In this document: in pieces, positions 48,036 through 60,328 of the stretch | Position numbering within the stretch: the stretch's first letter is position 1 | Layout: every line of letters begins with the position of its first letter | Origin: Octopus bimaculoides | Taxonomy: Eukaryota | DNA: 64,000 nucleotides | Direction: 5' to 3' | Assembly: GCF_001194135.2 (NCBI RefSeq) | Contig: NC_068988.1 | Location: 64,773,874 to 64,837,873, forward strand | Notes under the pieces: model-generated | What the model was told of the DNA's origin: nothing | What the model saw: only the letters and a program-made list of their open reading frames with translations | The model's database searches: none | Position numbers and translations under genes: made by a program

Positions 48036-48139
48036 ATATGGGTGTGTGTGTGTGTATATACTTGTATATGGGTGTGTATTTGTATATATGTATATCTAAA
48101 TGTATGTATATAAATATAACTATATACCCTAGCATATAT

Positions 48140-48460
48140 AGATATATATGTGTGTGTATGAATGTAAATATTTATACATATGTGTAAATATCTAAGTACA
48201 CAGATATATGTGTGTATATGAATGTAAATATTTATACATATATGTAAATATATAAGTGCACAGATATGTGTGTGTATGTGTATGTGTGTATAACTCTTTA
48301 TGTTTCTGAATATATCTATATATGTTCGACTCTGTATTCATGTGTGTATGTATGTGTATGTATTTGTCAGTGGATATATGTATATGTTTGTAAGTATAAC
48401 TCTAAGTGTTTCTGAATAGCTGTATGTGTTCGTCTCTGTATTCATGTGTGTGTGTCTGTG
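48140..48460. repeat. Local tandem duplications (~58 bp and ~107 bp) in an AT/GT-rich tract
   Basis: ATGAATGTAAATATTTATACATA occurs twice; TAACTCT..TGTTTCTGAATA..TGTTCG.CTCTGTATTCATGTGTGT occurs twice. Confidence 0.75.
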
Positions 48461-48878
48461 TGTACACTTGTGTGTCTGGAATATAAAACAGCTCACATAA
48501 ACCTCTGTGCATTACTGAACAAAACGAAGCAAGGATAAATAACCAACAATAATCAATATTTATGAGATTTAGGTAAAGTGCACAAAACAACAACAACAAT
48601 TATAACGGCAACAACAATTACAATGCTAACAATAACAACAATAATACCGGTAACAACTATTTCTACTCATTAGATTTCAACACTAACAATAACAACAATG
48701 TTGATGATGATGATGATTTTTAGCACAATAATATTGTTAATAATAAAAATTTCTCACAAAATTACGATGATTTTTTTTTTAAGCAAAATAATATTAATGT
48801 TGATAATAACGACTTCGAGCATAATAATAATAATGATGATAATAGTAATTTTTAAGTGATAGTAATGATAATAATACT

Positions 48879-49070
48879 AATCCTTTTTATTACGGGCATG
48901 GGGCCTGAAATTTTGAAGGAGGGGGCACTAGTTAATTAAATCGACCCCAGTGCTTCACTGGTACTTATTTCATCAACCCCGAAAAGATGAACGGCAAAAA
49001 CCAACTTCCATGGAATTTGAACTCTGAATGTAAGGACAGACAACATACCAGCAATTCTGCTTGCTTACCA
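48879..49070 (-). mobile_element. SINE family C
   Basis: Body and B-box motifs. Confidence 0.8.
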
Positions 49071-49072
49071 TT

Positions 49073-49113
<41 letters not shown>

Positions 49114-49116
<3 letters not shown>

Positions 49117-49330
49117 CCTTTCTACTGTAGGCACAAGGCCTGAAATTTGGGGGAAGGAGACTAGTCGATTGTATCACCCCTGGTGTTTCACTGGTACTTA
49201 ATTTATCAACCCCGAAAGGATGAAAGGCAAAGTCGACCTTGGTAGAGTTTGAACTCAGAACGCAGCAACGGGTGAAATACCGCTAAGCATTTCATCCAGT
49301 GTGCTAACGATTCTGCCAGCTCACCACCTT
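49114..49330 (-). mobile_element. SINE family C, full length
   Basis: Best-preserved copy, with (AAT)n tail on the left. Confidence 0.9.
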
Positions 49331-49331
49331 A

Positions 49332-49363
<32 letters not shown>

Positions 49364-49397
49364 GATGATGATGATGATGATAATAATGGTTCTTTGT

Positions 49398-49612
49398 AAG
49401 GTAGTGAGCTGGCAAAATTGTTAGCATGTTGGGCAAAATATTAAGCGGCATTTTTGTCTGTCTTTATGTTCTGAGTTTAAATTTTACCAAAGCCAACTTT
49501 ACCTTTCATCCTTTCAGGGTCAACAAAATAAGTACCGGTTGAGTACCAGGGCTGATCTAACTGACTTAGCCCCTTCCCCAAAATTTTTGGCCTTGTGCCA
49601 GAATTTGAACCC
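49398..49612 (+). mobile_element. SINE family C, full length
   Basis: AAGGTAGTGAGCTGGCAAAATTG..CTGAGTTTAAATT..CCTTGTGCCAGAATTTGAACC. Confidence 0.9.
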
Positions 49613-49616
49613 AATA

Positions 49617-49738
49617 ATAATCCTTTCTACTGTAGGTGCAAGGTCTGAAAGTTTGAGGGAGGAGACTGATTGATTATATCAACCCCAGTACTTGACTGGT
49701 ACTTAATTTATCAACCCTGAAAGGATGCAGAGCAAAGA
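49617..49738 (-). mobile_element. SINE family C, partial (tail half)
   Basis: Truncated at a junction with a family A copy. Confidence 0.8.
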
Positions 49739-49788
49739 CTTGTGAGTGGATTTGGTAGATGGAAACTGAAAGAAGCCTGTCGTATATA

Positions 49789-49835
<47 letters not shown>

Positions 49836-50053
49836 GTGTGTGTCTGTGTTTGTTCCCCCTCCATCACTTTGACAACTGATGTTGGTGTGTTTGCATCCCC
49901 ATGATTTACTGGTTCAGCAAAAGAGCCCGATAGAGTAAGTACTAGGCTTACAAAGAATAAGTTCTGAGGTCAATTTGTTCGACTAAAGGCAGTACTCCAG
50001 CATGGCCACAGTCAAATGACTGAAACAAGTAAAAGAATAAGAGAATAAAAGAA
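49739..50053 (+). mobile_element. SINE family A/B lacking the tRNA head
   Basis: TTGTGAGTGGATTTGGTAGATGGAAACTGAAAGAAGCC, (AT)n, B body and tail. Confidence 0.9.
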
Positions 50054-50427
50054 TACATTTATATGTGTGCATGTGTTTGTCTACATAAACTGGTGTATGA
50101 AGTTGCATCCCTTTTGGGTCTAGACAGTAACTTAGCCATGCAAGATAAAGAAATTGTTATATTAAGTTCCTGACTAAATTAAGTACTAGGGTTGATATAA
50201 TGGTCTAAAACCCTTGAAGGTGTCTCCTCAATTTGGCTTCAGTCCAATGACAGATGCCAGTTAAAGAGTGAAATATATAATGTATGAATATTCAGACATA
50301 CATGCAAATAGGTATTTAGGAAGAAACACACTGATGCACACAAACATACATATATGCACATATATACATACATATTTATATATATATATTTATACATACA
50401 CGCACATATATGCACATATACATATGC

Positions 50428-50529
<102 letters not shown>

Positions 50530-50770
50530 TACACGCATGCATAGACAGATTGATTAGAAGATTTTTGAAATATAGAACCGCGTTTAATTGCGAATTACCA
50601 TTAATTGTTAATTGTTGTCTGGATATATATGTATAATTTCCACTAATTGGTACGGCTTATCTGTTTGTAAACAGCAAGTCACTTAAGAATATTGAAATAT
50701 TCTATATATACATATATGTATATATATGTATGTATGTATGTATGTGTGTGTGTGCACGTATATAAATACA

Positions 50771-50815
<45 letters not shown>

Positions 50816-51124
50816 CTGTGCAGAGGGCTGCATTCTGCTGTATATGTACCAAAGTCTTTTATCTTTTTATCTCTGCCATTAAGTGTCAAAAATTATTTGG
50901 TTGTGAGGTGAAGTAATGTTTTTTATTTGCATTTATTTTCCTGCTTTCTTTAAAGTTTCAATAAAAATCATATTTCAATATCAACCACAGCACTTTATGC
51001 CTCTCTTCCTCTTCCCCTCCATAGTTTACACAAACCTTCTCACCTCTCTATCTAGCCCACAATCTAACTCTCTATACTCCTATCTGTTCATCTCTCTGCC
51101 TATTTCCATTTCTCTGTTTATCTA

Positions 51125-52430
51125 GTGGCTTATCTCCCTGTATGCCTATCTGCCTATCTATCTGTCTGTCTATCTCCCAATTTATCTCTCTACCTATCTC
51201 CCCGTTTGTCTATCTGCCTATCTCCTTGTTTATCTACCTGCCTATCTCCTCATTTGTCTATCTGCCTATCTCCCCGTTTGTCTATCTGCCTATCTCCCCA
51301 TTTGTCTATCTGCCTATTTCCCCGTTTGTCTATCTGCCTATCTACCCATTTGTCTATCTGCCTTTCTCTATCTGCCTATCTACCTGTTTGTCTATCTGCC
51401 TATCTCCCTGTTTGTCTATCTGCCTATTTCCCCGTTTGTCTATCTGCCTATCTCCCTGTTTTTCTATCTGCCTATCTACCCATTTGTCTATCTGCCTATC
51501 TACTTGTTTGTCTATCTGCCTTTGTCTGTCTGCCTATTTCCCCGTTTGTCTATCTGCCTATCTCCCTGTTTTTCTATCTGCCTATCTACCCATTTGTCTA
51601 TCTGCCTATCTACNNNNNNNNNNNNNNNNNNNNNNNNNNNNNNNNNNNNNNNNNNNNNNNNNNNNNNNNNNNNNNNNNNNNNNNNNNNNNNNNNNNNNNN
51701 NNNNNNNNNNNNNNNNNNNNNNNNNNNNNNNNNNNNNNNNNNNNNNNNNNNNNNNNNNNNNNNNNNNNNNNNNNNNNNNNNNNNNNNNNNNNNNNNNNNN
51801 NNNNNNNNNNNNNNNNNNNNNNNNNNNNNNNNNNNNNNNNNNNNNNNNNNNNNNNNNNNNNNNNNNNNNNNNNNNNNNNNNNNNNNNNNNNNNNNNNNNN
51901 NNNNNNNNNNNNNNNNNNNNNNNNNNNNNNNNNNNNNNNNNNNNNNNNNNNNNNNNNNNNNNNNNNNNNNNNNNNNNNNNNNNNNNNNNNNNNNNNNNNN
52001 NNNNNNNNNNNNNNNNNNNNNNNNNNNNNNNNNNNNNNNNTGTCTCTCTGCCTATTTCCCCATTTGTCTATCTGCCTATCTGCCTTGTCTATCTGCCTAC
52101 CTCCCCATTTGTCTATCTGCCTACCTCCCCGTTTGTCTATCTGCCTACCTCCCCGTTTGTCTATCTGCCTATCTCCCCGTTTGTCTATCTGCCTATCTAC
52201 CCATTTGTCTATCTGCCTATCTACCTGTTTGTCTATCTGCCTTTGTCTAACTGCCTATCTCCCTGTTTGTCTCTCTGCCTATTTCCCCATTTGTCTATCT
52301 GCCTATCTCCCCGTTTGTCTATCTGCCTATCTCCCCNNNNNNNNNNCTATCTGCCTATCTCCCCGTTTGTCTATCTGCCTATCTCCCCGTTTGTCTATCT
52401 GCCTATCTCCCCGTTTGTCTATCTGTCTAT
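51125..52430. repeat. 24-bp minisatellite (TCTCCCCGTTTGTCTATCTGCCTA)n with internal gaps
   Basis: Dozens of near-identical units; stop-free translation (LSPRLSIC, ISPFVYLP) explains the 478- and 475-aa ORFs. Confidence 0.92.
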
Positions 52431-52689
52431 CTCCTCCATACTTCTATCTATCTTATCTATCTGTCCCATCTCTATCTTATCTTTTCTTTCTACCAGCCTA
52501 TCCTTCTCAGTATCTATCCAGCTATTCTTCTTCTATATATCTATTTCTCCTATCTATCTAAAAATTTGAGATATTGTGACAATAGTTATTGCCAAAATTA
52601 ACACTTGCCAACAAAGAAGCATGTATATGATCACTTTTCCTGCTAGATATAATGGCCAAAGTATCCCTAAAGTCTAACTGTACCATCTT

Positions 52690-53530
52690 GAAAATGGAAA
52701 AACATGTTGGATAATGTACTCTGAGAAACACCATGTCTGAATAAAAATAGGATGGGATAGTCAGACATGGGTCTACTGGATTAGAGCTAACCTAGGGTTA
52801 AACTACACCAGGTATAGAAACATTGGATAAAGTAGTCCTAGATACACTGTGTCTGAGTAAAAATACGATAGGGTAGTCACTATTTGATCATAGGTTTGCT
52901 GGATCTGGATTGACCGAGGGTTAAAAAAAACTCCTCAAGGAAGGACACATTGGATAATGTATTCCTAGATACACTGCAGCAATAAAAGTGATTGTATTAT
53001 CATAGCTAAAATGTCTTCCATTATGAATTTGTTTGATTAGAATTGATGTGGGCTCAAAAAAAAAACAGCCACACAAAGGAAGACACATGGATTGATGTAG
53101 TCTTAGATACATTGTGTCAGAACAAAAGATAGGGTGGTCACTGCTAGAACACATTTGGTCATAGGTTTTGCTGGATCAGGACAAACCAAGGTTTAAACAA
53201 CCACACCAAAGCAGGACACATTGGTTAAAGTAATCCTAGAACATTTTTTATGATGAGTCAACTGGATCAAGATTGACCTAGGGTTAAACAAAAACTACAC
53301 AAGGAAAACACTTTGGATAATGTAGTTCTTGTTAGAGTACATCAGGAAAAATATGATTGAAAACTTTCATCATGGGTCTACAGGATCAGGATTGTCCTAG
53401 GATCATAAAACCTGTTTATGAGAAGACACATTGGCTAATATAGTCTAAGTTACACTGTGTCTGGAAAATAGAATTATTGTATCGTCACATGTAGAACACC
53501 TTTTGCTCATGGGTTTCCTGGATCGGGAAC
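52690..53530 (+). repeat. Degenerate tandem array (7 units, 92-137 bp) of the family E 3' module
   Basis: TTGGATAATGTAG-like anchors at 52707, 52823, 52950, 53087, 53221, 53313 and 53431. Confidence 0.8.
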
Positions 53531-54116
53531 TTGTTTGGTGCTAAACAACAACAAGAACATAATGCTGACACCACCACCACCACCATCACCACAGCTGCTA
53601 GCAACAAGAACAACAACAACAACAATAGCAACACCACAATTATATAACCATAGAATGGATGAATGATATAATGGAAGAATTAGTTTGAAGGTCAATAGAT
53701 GATCTCTAAACATAATGTGAAAAATCAGCAGAGTGAGGGATGTGTTTAATATAGAACAAAAATTAATCAATCAACATCAGAATCATCATCACCATTATCA
53801 TCATCATCGTCATCGTCATCACCTTCATCCCCACCCACATCAGCATTCTTTCCATTGTCATCTTTTTCCGTGTATCTATGTGCAGGTGCAGTTAAGAATA
53901 ACAATGCGAAATAATAACTGTTTCTTGTGTAGGCTTGAATCCTGATATGTTAATGGAATAGGAAGGTGTATGGGATGTGGTGATATTCATGCATTCATTC
54001 CCATTTCTCATGGTTGGTATCTAAATAGATATTGATTTCACTTGGCACATCACGGAACCAGTTAATGTTGGAAAATCGCTGAATCAATAGAAAAAGAAGT
54101 GACACCATTGATATTT

Positions 54117-54240
54117 ATGGCGGCAAACTAGAGTTTGTTAAAAGTGGCAGACAAAATGCCTTGTGGGGGTTTAATTTGGATCTTTGCATTCTGAATTCAA
54201 GTCTAGCTGAGATCAACTTTGCCTTTCCTCATTCTGTGGT
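54117..54240 (+). mobile_element. Old SINE family C copy
   Basis: CTGAATTCAAGTC..GATCAACTTTGCCTTTC. Confidence 0.55.
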
Positions 54241-54269
54241 ATACACACACACACAAACACACAGATAGA

Positions 54270-54310
54270 TAGATAGGTAGATAGGTAGGTAGATAGAGAG
54301 ATAGAGAGAT

Positions 54311-54358
<48 letters not shown>

Positions 54359-54395
54359 CCAGACAGACAGACAGAAAGGTAGATAGACAGATAGA
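54270..54395. repeat. (GATA)n/(GACA)n microsatellite (tail of the adjacent LINE end)
   Basis: Direct reading. Confidence 0.9.
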
Positions 54396-54797
54396 TAACT
54401 TTCTTTATTGGCCACTAAGGGCTGAACACAGAGGGGACAAATACAAATGTAGAGCTTTTGTTTTCGAAAATTAAAAAGAAAAAGGGGGAAAAAATGAGAA
54501 AAAAAAAGGTAAAATTTCGATCAAAAGGGATCATGTATCACAGAAAAATTTTTTAAATGTAAAAAGTAAGATTAGGTTTATCCGTGGAGAAAAAAAGCCT
54601 ACGGAAAAGATCACAGTAACCTATGTTTATTCCCTCCCTGCCTGAGGCTACTGGGATCTTTTCCGTAGGCTTTTCTTTCCACGGATAAACCTAATATTAC
54701 TTTTTACATTTTTAAAATTTTTCTGTGATACACGATCCCTTTTGTTTGGAATTTTACTTTTTTTTTCTTCTTTCCCCCCCTTTTTTTCATTTTCGAA
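54396..54797. mobile_element. Foldback formed by two inverted copies of a LINE 3' segment
   Basis: Arms 54463-54622 and 54645-54797, 22-nt spacer; the left copy continues to GGCCAATAAAG plus a (CTAT)n tail on the minus strand. Confidence 0.85.
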
Positions 54798-54821
54798 TCT
54801 ATCTCTCTATCTATCTACCTA

Positions 54822-54975
54822 TCACTGAACTGGCAGAAATGTAAGAACCTCAAGACTCACTAAAGTGGCTGAAATGTAAGAACTTCAAGACTCAATGCAT
54901 TGCAGTATTTCTTCTGATTTTTTGCATTTTAAGTTCAAATCTCACCAGGTTCATCTTTGCCTTTCATAAATCAAA
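54822..54975 (+). mobile_element. SINE family C with duplicated A-box segment
   Basis: TGGCAGAAATGTAAGAACCTCAAGACTCA at 54830 and a variant at 54864. Confidence 0.6.
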
Positions 54976-54987
54976 GATAGTATTTAT

Positions 54988-55208
54988 AATTCAAATGGCC
55001 AGTTTGATCACACTCTATGTCATGCTGAACCTCCTTGAAGATTACATTAAGAGTACACATGTCTGTTGAGTGCTTAGTCACTTGCACATTAATTTCACAA
55101 GCAGACACATGTGTATACGCAGGATCAACTGAACACTCGTTTTCAGAGTGTTCAATTGATCAAATTGGATCAACTGAACACTCGTTCTCTTAACCGATGG
55201 AGTGCCAA
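54988..55208 (+). mobile_element. SINE family F 3' part
   Basis: GTACACATGTCTGTTGAGTGCTTAGTCACTTGCACATTAATTTCACAAGCAG..AACCGATGGAGTGCCA. Confidence 0.75.
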
Positions 55209-55219
55209 GCCAAGCATTT

Positions 55220-55558
55220 CTGGCTATGACTCATCAGTTGTTCAATCAACTGAACTACCTGTTCATTGAATTAGCATATAAGTGGTTGAGTATTTCATAG
55301 ACCTGTATATCCTTAACATAATCCTTAGGAATAATCAGCAGGACACAGTGTACGACAAGGCTGGAGTTTTGAATGAGGAACGAGAGTGACAATCCTTCTA
55401 ATGAACTTCCACACTGCAGTTTCCATCCACAGAATTTGACTCGCAATGCTTGAGTTAATTCAAGGCTATCGGAAAAGACACTTGCTCAAGATACCATGGA
55501 ATGAGATTGAACTCAAGATCCCCTGATTGCAAAGCAACCTATTTAACCATTTAGCCAT
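55220..55558 (-). mobile_element. Diverged SINE with A-type head and F-type 3' part
   Basis: Minus strand ATGGCTAAATGGTTAA..GAGTTCAATC..TCTTGAGCAAGTGTC..GGATGGAAACTG then CCAGCCTTGTC..CTCAACCACTTA. Confidence 0.6.
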
Positions 55559-55835
55559 ACTACATCTCTGATGATATTATCATTATGGTTAAGTTAATTA
55601 AAGTAAAACTAGTTCTGTGTCTCTAAAGACAAACATCTTGTTCCCTTGAGGTGTTCTTTTTTCTTCTTAAGAATATATTAACAAGCTACAATTTATCTCC
55701 AGTTTGTTGATGCCAACCATTTTCTAAAGACTATGAAAACAACACTGGATCAAATTCTTTGATAAGAATGGCAATGCATCATTGTACAGTAGATCTGTCC
55801 AACCCACACATGTTTGGAAAAACAGACCACTCAAA

Positions 55836-55872
<37 letters not shown>

Positions 55873-56154
55873 GTAATAATAATAATAATAATAACACTAA
55901 AAGATAAAGGTTTTTGTATGGCTTTCCACCAGTTCTGCCAAATCTGCAGCTCATATAATAGACAGTAATAATGATGACAATAATAATAATAATGATAATG
56001 ATAATAATGATGACATTAATGATTTGCAATGTTTTTAAAAGTGAGGCCTTTAGGTTAGTTATAGAATGCTTTGTTTGGTTGGTCCTTTTGAATTTGGACC
56101 AGGTTATCAATCAGGTTTTCTATGCCTAGCTTTCGTTGAATTATGGACCCTAAT

Positions 56155-56186
<32 letters not shown>

Positions 56187-56219
56187 AACTTTTATCAATG
56201 AAGTGTGTTGTGCTAGGGC

Positions 56220-56840
56220 TACTACCATAACTGCATTACTACATCACACTACTACCCAGCGCTAATACTACCACCAATAACAAAACCAATATGACTGCTG
56301 CTGCTGCTGCTGCTACTACTATTATCTGCTACTATCACAATTATCTGTCTTTGCTGCTACTACAACTACCATCACCAACACTAATACTACTACTATCACC
56401 ACCATTACTACAACTACCACCACCACCACCACCACCACTACAATTACAAACACCACCATCACTACAGCAACTACCACAATTAACACCACCACCACCACTA
56501 CTACAACTACTACCCCTACTACAACTACCACCACCACTACTACCACCACCACCACCACTACAGCAACTACCACAATTAGCACCACCACCACTACTACAAC
56601 TACTACCCCTACTACAACTACCACCACCACCACTACTACAACTACCACCACCACCAATACTACTACTGCCACTGCCATTGAAAAGCAGCACCACCACCTC
56701 CAATAATACCACCACACTCTTATTAATATCACCAACACCACGCCGCCATCAAAATCACCAACACCACGCCGCCATCAAAATCACCAACACAACCACCACC
56801 ACCACAGCTACATCAACATTACACAGCTCATATACAAATT
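56220..56840. repeat. (ACT/ACC/ACA)n mosaic with a 96-bp tandem duplication
   Basis: ACTACAGCAACTACCACAATTA at 56461 and 56557. Confidence 0.85.
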
Positions 56841-58044
56841 AAACAACGACTTATAGGAATTAATTTCTCGTTTGTTGTGTTTGTAAATATTAGTCTCAAT
56901 TTTTATTATCATTATTGTTGTTGTTGTACTTATTATTGTTGTTGTTGCCATTGTCAACAGAGAATTACAATTAAGTTGTTAGTTAACGACCAACGTTAGT
57001 GTTTTAATTGACTTAGATAACTTGTCCGCTTATAACGAGGTACTAGGAGTGGAAGTGTGTGGTGCAGCCATCTTTGTGTATGTGCATTGATGTGTGTGTG
57101 TGTGTGTGTCAGTGTTTATGCTCCAGTATATGTGTGTGTGTACTTTGGTGTGTGTGCGTACATGTGAACTTCAATATGAATATGTGAGTATTTCTGCTTT
57201 GGTGTATGCTTATGTACTTCAGTATGTATGTGTTTTGGTATGTGTGTATATATATGTATGTATGTATACTTCAGTGTGTGTATGCGCGGGTGATGTTATG
57301 ATGGACATCAAACTCAGAGTCAATTCATGTATTGATCCACACATTTTAATTAACCAATAATATCAAAATTACAACTGAAAACCCACCACAACCACTAACA
57401 CCACTGAAGTCACCACTACCACTACCACCACCACCACAACCTCACTTATTGTTGCTGTTACAAAGGTGGGGGGGGGGGGCAAACTTTATATTTATATTTA
57501 ATCTTTATTTGTTTTGTTTTGTTTTTATGCTTTTTATTTTTATATTTACGTCTTTTGTTATTCAACTCAGACCTTTTAACCATTTTTAGGTAAAAAAAAA
57601 AACAAACAAACAAACCAAAAAACTATGATGCCTTAATTAATTTATGATTGCAAGACAATTGTTGGTTTTGCAGCTCTTGAAAGGAAGTTCTGTTTCTGAT
57701 CAAACATTCTAACCATCATTTTCTTTGACCTTAACCATCATCGCCATCGTTGTCATAGTCGTCATCATCATCATATGACTTCTGTTATTGTCAACACCAG
57801 CAATGTCAATGATACTAAAATGTTTGAATATTAAACCACAAATTTATGGGTTCAAAAGCGCATGCATATCATTAATTCTTTTCCAATCCAAATATCCATG
57901 CACTACTCTATACATACATATAAGTATGCATGTGTGTGTCTGTGTGTGTGCAAGACTGGAAATAAAAAAGAGTCGCTTGTATGACAGTAATGCTTGCTTA
58001 CAACTTTCATGTGATCTCAAGACAAAGAGAGACAAACACACTCA

Positions 58045-58130
58045 CTCACATATAATGAACTTCTTTCAGTTTCCTTTTACTAAATACTTGTAAGACTTTG
58101 ACCAGTCAAGGGTTAAAGTAGAAGACACAT
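58045..58130 (-). mobile_element. SINE family A fragment
   Basis: CTTCTTTCAGTTTCC..AGTAGAAGACAC. Confidence 0.6.
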
Positions 58131-58700
58131 GCATATATTTTATATAGCAGCTGTCATTTACCACAGATTTTTCACAATTCTGATTTCTTCAAAAATATTG
58201 CAGGGAAGCAGCATAACAAAAATATTTCATAAACACATTAAAACTTGAGGAGTTAAAAGTCAAAGAGTATTTTTTCTTTAAGTGGGGACAACCAATCAAA
58301 TTGTGATGTACTGTTGGTTGATCATATTTGGATGTTTTTGCAAATTTTTTACCTATATAGTGTTATATTGCTTCGTTGCTTGAATCGTTAGTGCTGTCAC
58401 ATACATCAAACATTCCATTATGACAGGTGATGCTTTAGCCTCTAACAAAATACATACACACTCTCCTTCATATATTGAGAATAGTTTCCTCATTTGTAAA
58501 CACAAACGTTTACCAATTTATGTATCTCTTACTTTACCTGAAGATAATTTCCAGACTGAAACTCAGAGTGATAGTTATATAATGTTACATAAAAATTTCA
58601 CATTTTGTTATACCTTTTGTTTCTAACCTAAATATCCAGTCTGATACCTAAGTATTCAATACACTCTTCTTTGTTTGTACTAACCATACTACTCCTACTC

Positions 58701-58766
<66 letters not shown>

Positions 58767-59533
58767 TTAATACTACGTATATGCATACATTTCTAGCTTG
58801 TGTATTCCTCTTCCTACCCATTCCCATACACAAATATACACATTCACAGACTTTATATACATTAAACTAAATAAATTCACAGAATAAACACTGAATATTG
58901 AAATTAAATCAAACTATTCATAAAATGTGTTATCATCATCACTATTCTCCCTCATCGTTATCAGCAGCAGCGGCAATGGCAGCAACATCATCATCACCAT
59001 CATCACCATACTTATCTCTGAAACTTATTCACCCGTTAAACTAACCGGAATCTGTTTGTCTAGACTATAAAACAGAAGCAATGATGTTAATAACTACAGC
59101 ACCCAAGTCTTTGAAAACTACACCACCCAACTATTTAAGCATGCCATAATAATAATAATAATAATGATAATCGCAAATTAACAAAATAAAAAAAAGACAG
59201 AAAGAAAACAGTAAAAATAAAATAAATGGGAAAAAATGGCCAAATGAGTTTGGCATCGAGACTTGAAGCTGCCATCTTTGCAACGTGAGATAATTCAAGA
59301 TTCCATTGATCTCTTACTTTCAGACTTTCGTTCAGAAAGTCAAAGTCAAAACACAGAATACCATTTTAATTAATACAAAGTTTAACAAAAGAAAACAAAA
59401 AAAGAAAAAAATTTTAAATTAATCTTTGTTTGGAAGCATTTTTTTTTTTTTGTTGGTTTTGCTGTTATTTTCTTTCTTTCGTTTTTCTTAGGATTTTCTG
59501 AAACTTGTTTCAGAATTCCTATTATTATTATTA

Positions 59534-59580
<47 letters not shown>

Positions 59581-59987
59581 TTAAATCTTAAATGAGATAT
59601 TACACAAAATCTTAAATTAAATATTTCATTAAAAGGTGTCAGATGTTATGCAATTAGGTTAATGCCTCATAATTTGTTGTGTGTATCTTTTTGTTTGTTT
59701 CTTTTTTACCTTGTTTATGTTTTATTTCAATACATAGCTTTTTTTTTTCGTAGGTTTTGTTTTCACTTTTATTAACATATATAATATTAATAGATGTACA
59801 TATACAAAGATTGAACTCACAAAAAGTTAGTTTTATTGCAAAACTAATGAAGGTCACCAGCCCTCAACCTTTTGTCTTGCAACATGGACTAGTTTTCTAC
59901 AAGACAATTATTCCATGGACTGGGGGATCATGGACTGGGGGATCATGCACATGATAAAACACCAAGTGCATGATATATAATTTATTA

Positions 59988-60175
59988 CATCATCATCATC
60001 GTTTAACGTCAATTTTCCATGCTAGCATGGGTTGGACGATTTGACTGGGGACTGGCAAACCAGATGACTACACCAGACTCCAATCTGATCTGGCAGAGTT
60101 TCTACAGCTGGATGCCCTTCCTAACGCCAATCACTCCGAGAGTGTAGTGGGTGCTTTTTATGTGCTACCGGCACG
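59988..60175 (-). mobile_element. 5'-truncated RTE 3' end (family D)
   Basis: Highly similar to 41279-41470. Confidence 0.85.
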
Positions 60176-60328
60176 AATACATTTATATATATATATATAT
60201 ATNNNNNNNNNNNNNNNNNNNNNNNNNNNNNNNNNNNNNNNNNNNNNNNNNNNNNNNNNNNNNNNNNNNNNNNNNNNNNNNNNNNNNNNNNNNNNNNNNN
60301 NNNNNNNNNNNNNNNNNNNNNNNNNNNN

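Noticed and set aside
51125-52569. 478- and 475-aa repeat proteins
   Set aside because: Translation of a stop-free 24-bp minisatellite in several frames
56291-56842. Mucin-like or proline-rich ORF
   Set aside because: The repeat phase switches between frames, the Thr-rich frame has no start or acceptor and stops near 56705, and similar tracts occur on both strands elsewhere
57067-59280. Two GCCATCTTTG (YY1-like) motifs and a TATAAAA near 59068
   Set aside because: Isolated short motifs without a coherent promoter or exon architecture
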